From contig CM074816.1 of NCBI GenBank assembly GCA_037447605.1, forward strand, positions 1,193,873 to 1,257,872: a stretch of DNA of 64,000 nt, written 5' to 3'. Positions 1 to 15,494 of the stretch are shown piece by piece. Below the pieces are notes generated by a model. It had not been told where the DNA came from. It saw nothing but the letters and a program-made list of their open reading frames with translations, and ran no database searches. A program made the position numbers and the translations under genes. Each line of letters starts with the position of its first letter. Within the stretch, counting starts at the first letter, position 1. This stretch comes from Zygnema circumcarinatum SAG 698-1b (lineage: Eukaryota; Plantae; Zygnematophyceae).

Positions 1-114
1 CTCAGCAGCACACGTGGCGGCGCCTGCGCGATCAGCGACCTCTCTCTCGCTGGCGAATGTCTGACTGTTGCGGAGAGGGAAGGAGGGAGGAAGGGGAGGG
101 GTTACGGGTCGCTT

Positions 115-176
115 GGCCGTTGGATGTGCCACGTGTGCACGCGTCGACAGGAAGAGATTCGCGTATGGCCGTTGGA
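115..176 (-). promoter_or_regulatory. Two MSA-like elements (TCCAACGGCC on the minus strand) inside a 21-bp direct repeat that also carries GCCACGT; possibly the promoter of a gene left of the window
   Basis: tggccgttggatgtgccacgt occurs twice; GGCCGTTGGA at 115-124 and 167-176 matches YCYAACGGYY on the minus strand. Confidence 0.3.
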
Positions 177-240
177 TGTGCCACGTTCCCAAGCGAGGAA
201 AACTTAAACAAAGGCGACCTTTGGGGCCGCTTCGAGAGTG

Positions 241-393
241 GCCTGCGTTGTTGAGCCGAGGGGTAGCATTCAGCTCCTCGCTTTATTCTTTTGTTCTTAG
301 GTCTTTTGCGACCAGTTCCACGTGGTTCCCCACGATGCTTTTGTTCGTGTACATTCGATGGCATCATCGCCATAGTGAGGTCAGTGCCACATC
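241..393. repeat. Dispersed repeat, copy 1 (homologous to 29226-29368)
   Basis: Manual ungapped alignment of 301-393 with 29276-29368 gives 78/93 identities; weaker similarity extends about 50 nt upstream. Confidence 0.85.
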
Positions 394-744
394 TTTTGCA
401 TTTGCCTTCGTGTCTGTGCTTATCTTTAGGGCGTTTCAAACTTAACAAGTTGTTAGTAAGTTTGACACCAAAATAGGTACTCGGTGACATCGCAATACGC
501 TTGTAGAGGAGTCATTCAATTCCTTTTCTTTTTGTAAGATATCGTGAAGTCTGACAATCCCTAATATAGATAGAAAAACAAAAAAAAGGACCAATTGGGG
601 TGACCGCAAGTATGTAACATTGGCGCAACCCACGCAGAAACGTCACAAGGGGAGCGACAGCAAGAAAGATATTCTTTTATTGATGATTAATCACGGTGGG
701 TGCAAAGCACCAACACTCTCTGAATGGTGGGAAATTAGTGGCCC

Positions 745-5406
<4,662 letters not shown>

Positions 5407-5774
5407 CTGCGCGCAGGGACGCGGAGGCCGGGAAGGGAGAGGGAGAGGGAGTGGGAGAGGGATAGGGAGGGAAGGCGAACCCTAACCCTAAAACTCTGAG
5501 CGGAGAATCCGCGAGCCTTAATCGCGCCGTGGTCGCCCTCTTCCCTCGCGTCTACTTCTCTCCCTCCATTCATCCTCTCTCTCCCCCATCCAATCCCTCC
5601 ATCATCCTCTCTCCCTTCTCTCCCTCCATTTTTTTCTCTCACCTTCCCTGTCTCTCCCTTCCTCCCCTCCCCCCTCCCTCTCTCTCTCACTCTCTCTCTC
5701 TCTTTCTCTGTCTCTCTCTTCCCCCCTCTCTTTTCTAAAATAGTGAGGCGTTCCTCGCCATCACCGGCGTTGAA
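5407..5774. promoter_or_regulatory. Short divergent promoter between IF3 and EMC5 with a telobox-like motif
   Basis: Head-to-head ATGs at 5406 (-) and 5775 (+); aaccctaaccctaa at ~5479-5492; CT-rich leader. Confidence 0.65.
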
Positions 5775-7735
5775 ATGAAGAAGAACAGCAGGTCGCTTCT
5801 CTCCCTTTCCATCCGCTCCGCTCTTCGCAGCTTGACCCTAAAACCCACTCTCTCATTCACACCTTTCGGCGCCTAAAAGCCTTTAAATCCATAGAACCCT
5901 GAAAACCCCGAAACACCTTCAGCATTGAACATTTTTTTGAACGGATTGTGGGTATGGTTGCTGTGCGGGCTGCAGAGGGAAGGGCTCCGTGCTGAGCCAT
6001 TTGGTGGGGGTGGCGGGAATGCTCCTCCTCCTACATGCCGGCTACTGTACCATACTATGTTAGTCTCTCTCTCTCTCTCTCCCCCTCTCTCACTCCTCTT
6101 TCTCTTCCCCACACTCCCCCTGACTCCCCTCTCTCTCCCTTCCACTCCTCCCTCTCTCTCTTCCCCCCCCTCCTCCTCCCCCTCCTCCAGCCCATGCCTT
6201 CCACCTTTGTAGACAGTTAGATACGAAACCTCAGCCAGCTGGATTGGGAAAATTCAGTTTGGCTTTTTCTTTTCCCTTTTCTTGTATTGCCCACGGACAA
6301 TCCCTTAATCTCACTCCAAATCAGCCGCCAATGAGCACAGACAGCTCTCGAATATTCAGATTTTTCTGCTCAGAAGTCAGCCAGCAGCATAATGCATGAG
6401 GTTGGAATGTCAGCAATGGAGTTCCGATAAGGGAAAAGAAACATTCATGTTTCTTTGTGAATTAACTTAACTTAATTAACTCTCTGGCTTGCTGAAGCAT
6501 TTCATGTTTTCTTCGTAGTCGTTTTATAGTTCTGTGTGGTTTTGCTTTTTATTCTGTGCGGCTGTTTTATGGTCTTAATTTCAGTTTTAAATTGTGTAAA
6601 GTTTACGTGAAGTTCAAAATTAAGATCTATGCTGAATGGGTCGGCTTCGAGCTACTCGGCATGGCAGGGTCCATATCTCAATCGTCGTAAGGAAATGGGA
6701 CATTTATCTTCACCCTCTCTTTTGCCCTTCTCAACTCTCATATTCTCTCACTTCTCTCTCTCTCTCTGTGTCTGTCTCTCTCCTCCCTCCCTCTCTCTAT
6801 CGTTTTTTCTTCGCCCTTCAGATCGTAATGAGCTCAATGACATGGAGGAGAAGTTTGAATCGCCGCCTTTCAATGTATTAATGGCGTTCCCCTTTATCGG
6901 GTGGGGGGCGAGGGTGGGAGAGGGAGAGGGAGGGGAGGTGGGAAGGGAGAGAGTGCAGGAGGGGGAGAGGGTGGAGGGAAGGGCGAGGGTGTGGAATAGA
7001 TAGCAGAGGGAGGGAAGATAGCGGTTGTGGAGGAAAGGGAGAGGTTGTGGGACGAAGGCAGCGGAGAGGGAGGGAGAGAGGGAGGGAGGGAGGGTGTGAA
7101 TGGGCTAATCCTTTAATTATATTACCACAAGATGAGCTTATTTTTTTCAGCATGTTTGGGGCAGCAAGATAGGTGTACATGGAGAAGGAAAGTTTGTATG
7201 TCCATTTTGCTGATGTCACCATCATGATCATTTTTGAGACGAGAGTGATGTGGTGGGTGGCAGGTGATGTTCGAGCTTTTTGTGGGGTTGGTACTTTGTC
7301 TTGTAGCGGCACTGCAAGTTCCGGGAACCTTCCAGCCCATCAAACTGGAGGCTGAAAATAATCGGTACGTAAATTTAGGTCAAAGTTTGGGCCATTTCTC
7401 ACTCTAAATCATTCCAATTCGTTCTCTACTTCCCTGGTTTCATGTACTCTGTATCCTAAAACCCCTAAAACTCCTAAAAACCCTAAAAACCCCAAATCCC
7501 TGAAACCCTAAAAACCCTTAAAACCCTAAAAACCCTAAAAACCCAGCTCTGTGTTGCCAAACTTATTGAGTGAGCATAATCATAATTCTCATAATCTTTT
7601 GTTTACGGTGTTCCATGTGAGAAATTTGCGTTCCGCAGAATAGTGGAACTTCCTGAGCTTGCGGACTTCATGGTGTTCAGCCATAGGGGGCGAATTCTTT
7701 CTTCCAAGACCGGCAGGAAGACGAAGGACAATTAG
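5775..7735 (+). CDS. EMC5: ER membrane complex subunit 5 / membrane magnesium transporter (MMGT1 family), 5 exons
   Basis: Exons 5775-5791, 5976-6058, 6822-6874, 7264-7364, 7639-7735 splice in frame to MKKNSRGKGSVLSHLVGVAGMLLLLHAGYCTILYRNELNDMEEKFESPPFNVMFELFVGLVLCLVAALQVPGTFQPIKLEAENNRIVELPELADFMVFSHRGRILSSKTGRKTKDN. This has two TM helices and the family motifs EEF.xPP.N and DFMxF.HRG. The first exon has a weak donor (gtcgct). Confidence 0.88.
7455..7546. repeat. Degenerate telomere-like CCCTAAAA cluster in EMC5 intron 4
   Basis: Tandem aaccctaaaa-like units. Confidence 0.75.
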
Positions 7736-8740
7736 AATTTCGAGCTCAGGTAGGGAATGACGCGTGTACAAATAGGAGTTCTTAAGGCGATGAATTGAAT
7801 GTTTTTAATATCAAGACTCGATCCCTTGACCTCACTATGTTGCGGAAATCGCAAGCGTAGTGTATGGCTTCACAACATAACGTGATGTTATTCAATGTGA
7901 TGTGGTGACATATGTGGTGGGGTGTGATGGAATGTGTTGTGTGGTTGTTGAACACGAAAAAAAATAAAGAGTTAAGAGTCAATGTCAATGTCGATGTATG
8001 TGTCAGATGTGAGCATGTGAGGGATAGCTCAACATGGAACCACGTGGCAAGTGGTGATTGGTGGGTGAATTACGAGATGGAATCGAACCTTGCGTGGGCA
8101 CTTCCCTCTGTTCTGCGGAACGATGCGTCGAATGCGTCGATCCGCTTTCATGGGCGGACCAATCGCAGCTTTCCACGTCGGACAGAAATGCATGGCCCAT
8201 GCCGTCGATCGTACCCCCAACGGCGAGTTTGGAGAGCCGCCCTCACAAATCGAATGAAAGGTCAAAAGGGGCAGGCAGAAAGGCAGAAGTTCATTTTCTG
8301 CTCGCCGTCATTTTCTGATAGACTGCAAATTTTTTTCGAGGATATTTGTTTACAAATTATGAGAGCAGTACCTCGAGCAGTTTTGGCTTCGAGGCAATAA
8401 CTCGGAAGCTATTTGAGTAAGGATGGAAGCGGAAGCTTCTTGCAAATGATAAGAGTTGACACAGTGAGAGGGAGAGGGAGGAGGGAGGGGGGGAGGGGGG
8501 AGGGGAGAGGGGGAAGGTATTCCTTACTACGCTTACGTGACAGTTGCTACTCTCAATAATAACTTTCAAAACTGCGAAAATTTCCCGCCTCTTCCCCGGT
8601 TCTTCCTCGCCTATTTCTCCCGCGAATTTCTACAATGTAGAGAGCAGAGAGAATCAGGATGACAGGAACCAAAACATGTTTGAAACGCAGCGTCTTTGGC
8701 ATTAGCGATTACGGTTTTTTATTCAATCAGTTAACTGTTG

Positions 8741-9746
8741 CACAGGTCGGACCATTGGATCGGCAACCATTGGACAACCATTGGATGGCAATGGTTGGAC
8801 GTCTACTGATTGGCAACCAGTCGACTGGTTGTTTCGATCCGGCGGCACTGGTTGGCAACCAGTCGAATGGTTATATCCATTAAATCAAATGGTTGGCAAC
8901 CATTAAATCACTAGTTGTCAACGGTTGGCAACCCACCAAAATGATGTCTACAATAGGGGTATAGCCCCGAACTGTACACCGTACGGTCCTTAGCCGTTGT
9001 CAAAGGTCCTTAGGAGATTCGGTCCGGATGTGGACCGACCGACAGTCTTAGTCTAGTGGGAACACGCAGAACTAGCCATTGGCCACGTGGCGAGTGGCTA
9101 TAGGTCGCGTCGTCGAACCAGTCGAATGGTTGTTTCAGTCCTGCGCCACTGGTTCGCAACCAGTCGACTAGTTTCCAACCAGTGGATGCCACTAGTTGGC
9201 AACCAGTCGACTGGTTTGGAACCAGTGGATGCCACTGGTTGGCAACCAGTCGAATGGTTGTTTCGGTCCGCAACCACTGGTTGGCAACCAGTCGAATGGT
9301 TGTTTCGATCCGGCGGCACTGGTTGGCAACCAGTCGAATGGTTGCCAACCAGTGGCATCCACTGGTTCCAAACCAGTCGAATGGTTGTTTCGGTCCGCAA
9401 CCACTGGTTGTCAACCAGTCGAATGGTTGTTTTGATCCGGCGGCACTGGTTGGCAACCAGTCGAATGGTTGCCAACCAGTGGCATCCACTGGTTCCAAAC
9501 CAGTCGAATGGTTGTTTCGGTCCGCAACCACTGGTTGGCAACCAGTCGAATGGTTTGGAACTAGTGGATGCCACTGGTTGGCAACCAGTCGAAAAGTTGT
9601 TTTGATCCGGCGGCACTGGTTGGCAACCAGTCGAATGGTTGCCAACCAATGGCATCCACTGGTTCCAAACCAGTCGAATGGTTGTTTCGGTCCGCAACCA
9701 CTGGTTGCCAACCAGTCGACTGGTTTGTCTAATGGTCCGATCTGTG
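8741..9746. mobile_element. Non-autonomous TIR-bounded (foldback-like) element containing a modular palindromic array
   Basis: Left end CACAGGTCGGACCATTGGA (8741-8759) and right end TCTAATGGTCCGATCTGTG (9728-9746) match at 17/19 as an inverted repeat. The interior has about 14 units of core cactggttggcaaccagtcgaatggtt with a 42-43 bp period. No TSD is evident. Confidence 0.65.
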
Positions 9747-11596
9747 AAATGTTGATATTGATTTGAAACTTGTTAAGGTTTCGTTGGATGGCATGAGCCA
9801 ATGTAGGTCCGTGACATCAACTATTGCCAGGTTGGTTGTCTCTTGTTTCTGCTATGTGCAGCCTTTGCTAGGGTGCCTCCCTCTCGTCCCTACTTCCACG
9901 AGCTATTCTCTCACTACTATTCTTCTCTCTTACTTCCTCACTTCTTTTGTTCACCCTCCCTCTCGCACCCTTCCCTCCAGCCCACTGGGTTTTAGGGTCC
10001 AATGGCTCCACCGTCCGCTGCGGCATTTGCATTTCCAGCAGCCGCACTCCGAGCCCTTGAGGCGAAGCTGACCGCGACCACCATAGTATCTCCCTCTCCA
10101 TCTCTCTCCCACTCTCAATGCGGCCCTGATCCGATGGAAGATCGCATGCATGTAGGCAGTGCTCAGTGGTCGCATGGGACCATACCATGTGATGTCGATC
10201 ATGTTGGTTTGTTGGGCGCAGCGCTTCATACAATCCTAAACCCTACACCCTCGACCTGAAACCCCAAAGACTGGTCACAAAAGTATTGAGAATTCAGTCA
10301 AACGAAAGGTTGTGGGCGTCGGTAGTCAACTAACTAGTCTGTTAGTCAGGTAGGTACTGGGTCGTTAGTCAGTTAGTCAGTAATGCTGGTGGGATCTGGC
10401 CATGGTCATGATCAAGGTCGTGAAGCGTCACAGGGTTGCACCCGTTCCAGACAGGTGCATTATTTTGGTGTGGTCGTACATACGCGTACGAAGCGTCACG
10501 GCCACGTGCCTCCAAAATTAGGTACAGCCGTACTGATCGTACGGGACAAATCCGGCAATGGCCTCGTCCGTACGGCCATGATGGTCATGGCATGGCATTT
10601 ATCTCAGGATGACCACGCCATCACATGGACATAGAAAACGACAAAATTAAGGGCCAAAGTGGCAATGAATGATAATGCTACGACGTATGGCTTGTCGTTT
10701 TTGTGCAGAAACACCAAAAGGCTTCCATCCGTACACTTAATGATTCGCAATTGCATTCATTAGCGTTGGAAGATACCCGCTATCTAACAAAAAAGTAAAT
10801 CTTGGATCAGCGTAATCGACTTCGATCTCATCAATTCAGATACGACACTTGGCGGTCTGGCGCTATCTGTCCACCACGTGGCGCCATCTGCTACTCTCAA
10901 GAACCTTAGCTTGCTCCCCAAGATAAGGCAAGTCAACTTGATGTTATCTCGCTTGTCCTCACGTTCAGAAACGACAAATTGACAAATTTATAGGTCCAGC
11001 GCACTCATACGCTACACGTGTAATGACGCACACCCATTCGTTAAATTATCTCCGAAATCGTCCATAGAGACTAATATGTCGTTTATCGTGACACTACTTC
11101 AAATTGTCCTATTGCGGTCGTCAGCTATTGGCCACCCAGATTCGGGCATATTCGTACGGACGTGATCCCCTGGAAGGGTTGAAAAAGCCAGAATCTGCTA
11201 CGACAAGTCAAATTTGTCGCCTTTTAGCCGGCCGTTGACTGCTCGTTGACCGTCGTTGGCTCCACCCGCCGCCGACCGCCGAGTGGCCGCCCGCCGCCGG
11301 CGTCCGTTACAGCGCCGAGAGGCGGCCGCCGGCACGACAGCCATCGGATAAATAGAGGGAGGGATGGAGGGAGGGAGAGCGAGAAGGAGAGGGAGGGAGG
11401 ACGAGAAAGAGAGAAAGGGAGGGAGAGAGAGAGAGGGAGAGAGGGAGTGGGCGCAGGTGGAAGAAGGAAATTAGGAGAAAGAAAAATTACATAGTTAGTG
11501 ACAGCGGGTTTCAAGTAAACTGGTGCCGATTACATTGTGCGGATTGAAAGATTGTAGGTTTGAAAAGTATCTGTGTCTGAAGGACAGGGAGGGGGG

Positions 11597-13892
11597 ATGG
11601 GAGGACGCGGGGGAAGGCCTGCCCGAGGGACGCTGCCTCTGCCTCTGCTGGCGGTGGCGGCGGTCGCCTGGCTCAAGGGCGCGCTCGCTCAGAGCTTCTA
11701 CGACTCCGCGTGGCTGAACGCGACGGCGACCTGGTACCCCGGCCAGCCCGGCCAGGGCAATCCGGACGGTGAGCCTCGGGCACCAACAAATGTAGAGCAT
11801 GTGTTGGGGAACATGAAACTTGCGATTGTTTAACTATTCATTCATGCATGCATGTTGTTCTATCTTTCGTTGCTTGATGACCACCACCAGTGACTGACTG
11901 ACTGACTGACTGACTGACTGACTAAGGCGGCGGCGTGTCGCAGGCGGCGCGTGCGGATATGGGCCCCTTGCTGCGACGGCGTACGGAAGAATGGCGACAG
12001 GAGTGAGCGGCGCTTTGTTCCAAGGGGGAGGGGGCTGCGGGGCGTGCTATCAGGTAGGAGTCAACTGGCCGGAGATTGTTCACTCCCTCACCCCCCCACT
12101 CTCAGCCCGTTACACCTCCTCCGCCACCCCCATCAAATCTATTGCGCTCAATCTCGTATTCTAATCCCTTCCCGCATCTTCCGGTGATTCAGGTTAAGTG
12201 TCTGAGCAATCCTCTATGTTCGCAAGAGCCCATTATTGTTACAGCCAGCGACGTGTGTCCGGGCGGGGGCAGCCCGGACTGGTGCGGGAATGGGAGGGTT
12301 CACTTTGACATGACCCGCGAAGCTTTTGGAGCCATGGCGGTCAATGGACAAGAGGGCAACCTTCCGAACGCGGGATATATGAGCCGCGTTATGTACAAAA
12401 GGTCAGCTCAAAGCATCAACTTTTAAACCCACAAAGTGATTTTCTGAGCCATGAATGGCAGCCGAAGTTTGAACTTCTTTTCTGTTCAATGTGGTGCGCA
12501 GAGTGCCCTGCAACTACGAAAAGACGGTGTCCTTTTCTTTCAATAGGGGGAGCTCGGTGTGGTGGATCAGCCTCCTGCTTCGTGACGTGGGCGGACCCGG
12601 CACTGTGACGGATGTTTTCATCAAAACGGTGAGGACATAAAGCTATGAAATGTCTCACTCAAACTGTGCATATCATTCCTGCAATCAAACCTTCAAATCC
12701 CTTCAAAATTTCTGAAAAATTCCTTCTCGCTGTCATTGCAGAACAACTCCAACATTTTTCGTCCGATGAAGCACAATTGGGGTGCGAACTATTACATCCA
12801 GTCAACTGGAGATCGATTCGAGGGGCCCTATATAATCCAGCTTTCAAATAATATCACTGGTGAGTGGAAGGAGCTCTGCGAGCTTATGCAGCAAATGCTG
12901 TCTGTTGCTGCTAAAACATAAGCTTTTAGATCGTAGAACTACTTACAGCAAAGTCTTATATCCCTTCATTGAAAAATCCGAAGCAAGTACTGAAGACTGC
13001 CACGAATCCGTCATTAATTTCCAATTTTCTCTCAAAATTTTCCTTGCAGGCCAATCTTTGACATGTCCGAACCCAATCCCGGGCCCCTATGAACAGGGCC
13101 CCGCATTCGACTGCGGAGCACAATTCTCCATTGCTCCCACATCCCATTCTCGCTCACCACCGCTTGGCCGCCCACTCTCTCCACACCCCCCAAAACTGAA
13201 CCCTCCTTCCCCTCCTCGAAAAACCTTTCCCCCCCCTCCTCGAAAAACCCCTCCTTCCCCTCCTCGAAAAACCTCTCCCCCCCCTCCTCGAAAAACCTCT
13301 CCCCCCCCTCCTCGAAAAACCTCTCCCCCCCCTCCTCGAAAAACCTCTCCCCCCCCTCCTCGAAAAACCTCTCCCTCGAAAAACCTCCCCCTCCTCGAAA
13401 AACCTCTCCCCCCCCTCCTCGAAAAACCTCTCCCCCCCCTCCTCGAAAAACCCCTCCCTCCCCTCCTCGAAAAACCCCTCCTCCCCTCCTCGAAAAACCT
13501 CTCCCCCCCTTCCTCGAAAAACCTCTCCCCCCCCTCCTCGAAAAACCTCTCCCCACCCTCCTCAAAAAACCTCTCCCACCCCTCCCTCCACCCGTTCTCC
13601 TCCTCCTCACAAGAGGCCTCCTCCTCCTCCTCGTCCTCCAACGCCTCCACGAACCCTTCCCCCAACAAGGCGTCCCTCCCCTCCTCCTCCTCCTCGCCGA
13701 GGCCCACCTCCCCACAAGAGGCCTCCCTTTGCGCCGCCCCAACAGCAGCAACATGGGCCCAAAGCGACCCCCCCTCCGCCTCGCAGGCCTCCCCGCCCAA
13801 GTCCGCCCCTAAAGCGCCCCCCCTCTCCCCCACGGCGCCCACCGCCAGTTCGGCGAATAAGGAACCCTCCTCCGGCACCGTCCAAGACGTGA
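11597..13892 (+). CDS. Secreted expansin (DPBB + CBM63) with a C-terminal Ser-Pro4 extensin-like domain; frameshifted within the repeat as assembled
   Basis: Exons 11597-11768, 11944-12053, 12193-12401, 12502-12628, 12742-12859, 13050-13892. Signal peptide ([17 protein letters not shown]) and motifs ATATWY, GGACGYG, GCGACY, HFD, RVPC, VGGPG, NWG. Followed by SPPPPRKT repeats and a Pro/Arg-rich tail ending at TGA 13890-13892, in a frame +1 relative to the start of exon 6. Confidence 0.9.
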
Positions 13893-14844
13893 GCTTGTGG
13901 GGGCGAGGGGGAGGGGACACTGTACATTGAATGGCTCTACTGACGGCCCATCCTCTGGCTACATTCGTTTGTAATACAGCTGTTTCGGGGTAGATATACT
14001 TTGTATCATTGGGTCTTACTTCTTTCATTTGGTGCTTGGGTGTGCGACCACTCGTGTAGGCTGTTCAAGGTGGGTATTGGTTTACTTGGTCAAGGCGATG
14101 GTTGAGTTATTCGCATACTTGGAAGGCCTTTCCTTGTGCTCAATTGCTTTCGATCACAAGTTGTTTCTATAGTCTTTGGCTCAGAAGTACTCTGTATCCA
14201 TAGCTCCTGCGCTGAGAAAGTTAAGTGATCGTATGTTACTGCGGCCCGCTGTCATACTAGCAGGCTTGTGCTAATTCTTCCAAGGGCAAGATTCTTCACT
14301 TTCGATTGTAACGTGCCCAATTTAACCAAATTCCACGAAGCATTCTTGTGGGTGTTGAACAAAACGCTCTAGCGGCCGCAATGCGCGCGCCACTGCTGCT
14401 GCTCCTAGGCATCGCAATCGGTCATGCATCCATGTTTTCCATGTTGGGGGGCGCCGCAAGCCTTGGCCCTTTGCGACCCACAGCCCACAGGCTACAATAT
14501 GGCGGGGATGGTTTCCTCGGAGCACACCACAAACTCTTCGAGGCACACCCAAATGTAAGACAATCAGAAGACGCCACCTGGCGCTGGCTAAACAGACCAA
14601 TTTTGTCGCATCAGTCTCTGCTGTCGGCCACGAGCGGTCCAACAGAAGGCTGCAATTGGTTGGGAGTCGTAGGCTCGTAGCCTTCCAAAACGGTGAACTG
14701 CGATGTATGGCCTTAGGGTTATGACTGACTATGCCGGGAAAGTGTGGCAACACTTACGGGACGGCGAGGTCCGCATGGAACGGGCGGCCGCCCAATGGCC
14801 CGCCGGGAAAAGATCGCGGACACGCTGCCGCCCGGGGCTCGCAA

Positions 14845-15350
14845 GGTGACGTCACCTCAACTTGTGGGGCCCACATCTCATCCTGTAAACCATTTACATA
14901 GCGCCACGTGGTTCACATTTGCACTGACCGACATCGGACACGTCAGTGACCGGCATAGGGATGACGCGTCATTTGAAACGTGGCGCGCACAAGGCCCTCC
15001 AGACGACGTCAGCCTGCTGGTTCGTACAGGTTCGTACAGTGCCGCGGGCGGCAGCCGCCCGAACGGTCAGATCAAAATATCTTCAGAAATTTTCAAGTCA
15101 AAAGGCCGGCTGCCACATAGGCAGCCAAGAGATATGCTGCGCGCGAGCAGGCAGCCGAGGGTCGCCGCGTGGCGCTGTGGAAACGTGGCGCGCCAGTTGT
15201 AGCTATAGCCGAGCGCGGATTGGCGGACAAAGATTGACCGAATCTGGCACAGGCACGCGCGCAGAGCGGGAGGCCGCCACGTGGCGAAGCGCCGACACGT
15301 GACGCACGCAGCGCTGCGGAGGCCTCCGGGCGGCAGGCGCAGGTATAAAA
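14845..15350 (+). promoter_or_regulatory. ABRE/G-box-rich promoter with TATA box, probably driving the PP2C
   Basis: ACGTGGC or ACGTGTC at 14903 (-), 14938 (-), 14978, 15183, 15279 (within GCCACGTGGC) and 15294 (-); palindrome GGTGACGTCACC at 14845-14856; TATAAAA at 15344-15350. Confidence 0.65.
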
Positions 15351-15494
15351 GGGAGGGACCTCCACCTGGAGGATGGGCAGGGAGAGAAGAAAGAAAAAAG
15401 GAGAGAAATCGAGGGATAGACAGGAGAGACGAGAGAGGGGAGAGAGAGGGAGAGGGAAGGGAGGAGGGAGAGGGGGGAGGGCAAGTGGCTGAGC

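Noticed and set aside
9110-9725. CRISPR-like alternation of a palindromic ~27-bp repeat with variable linkers
   Set aside because: The linkers are only 15-16 bp, recur as a few types and include reverse complements of each other; there are no cas genes and the context is eukaryotic
9010-9801. Long overlapping ORFs (e.g. 263 aa, 199 aa) in the palindromic array
   Set aside because: They are open in several frames on both strands because the repeat lacks stops, and have no recognisable domain
14348-14680. ORF with a signal-peptide-like stretch (MRAPLLLLLGIAIG)
   Set aside because: No recognisable family, no supporting splice or promoter structure; could be chance
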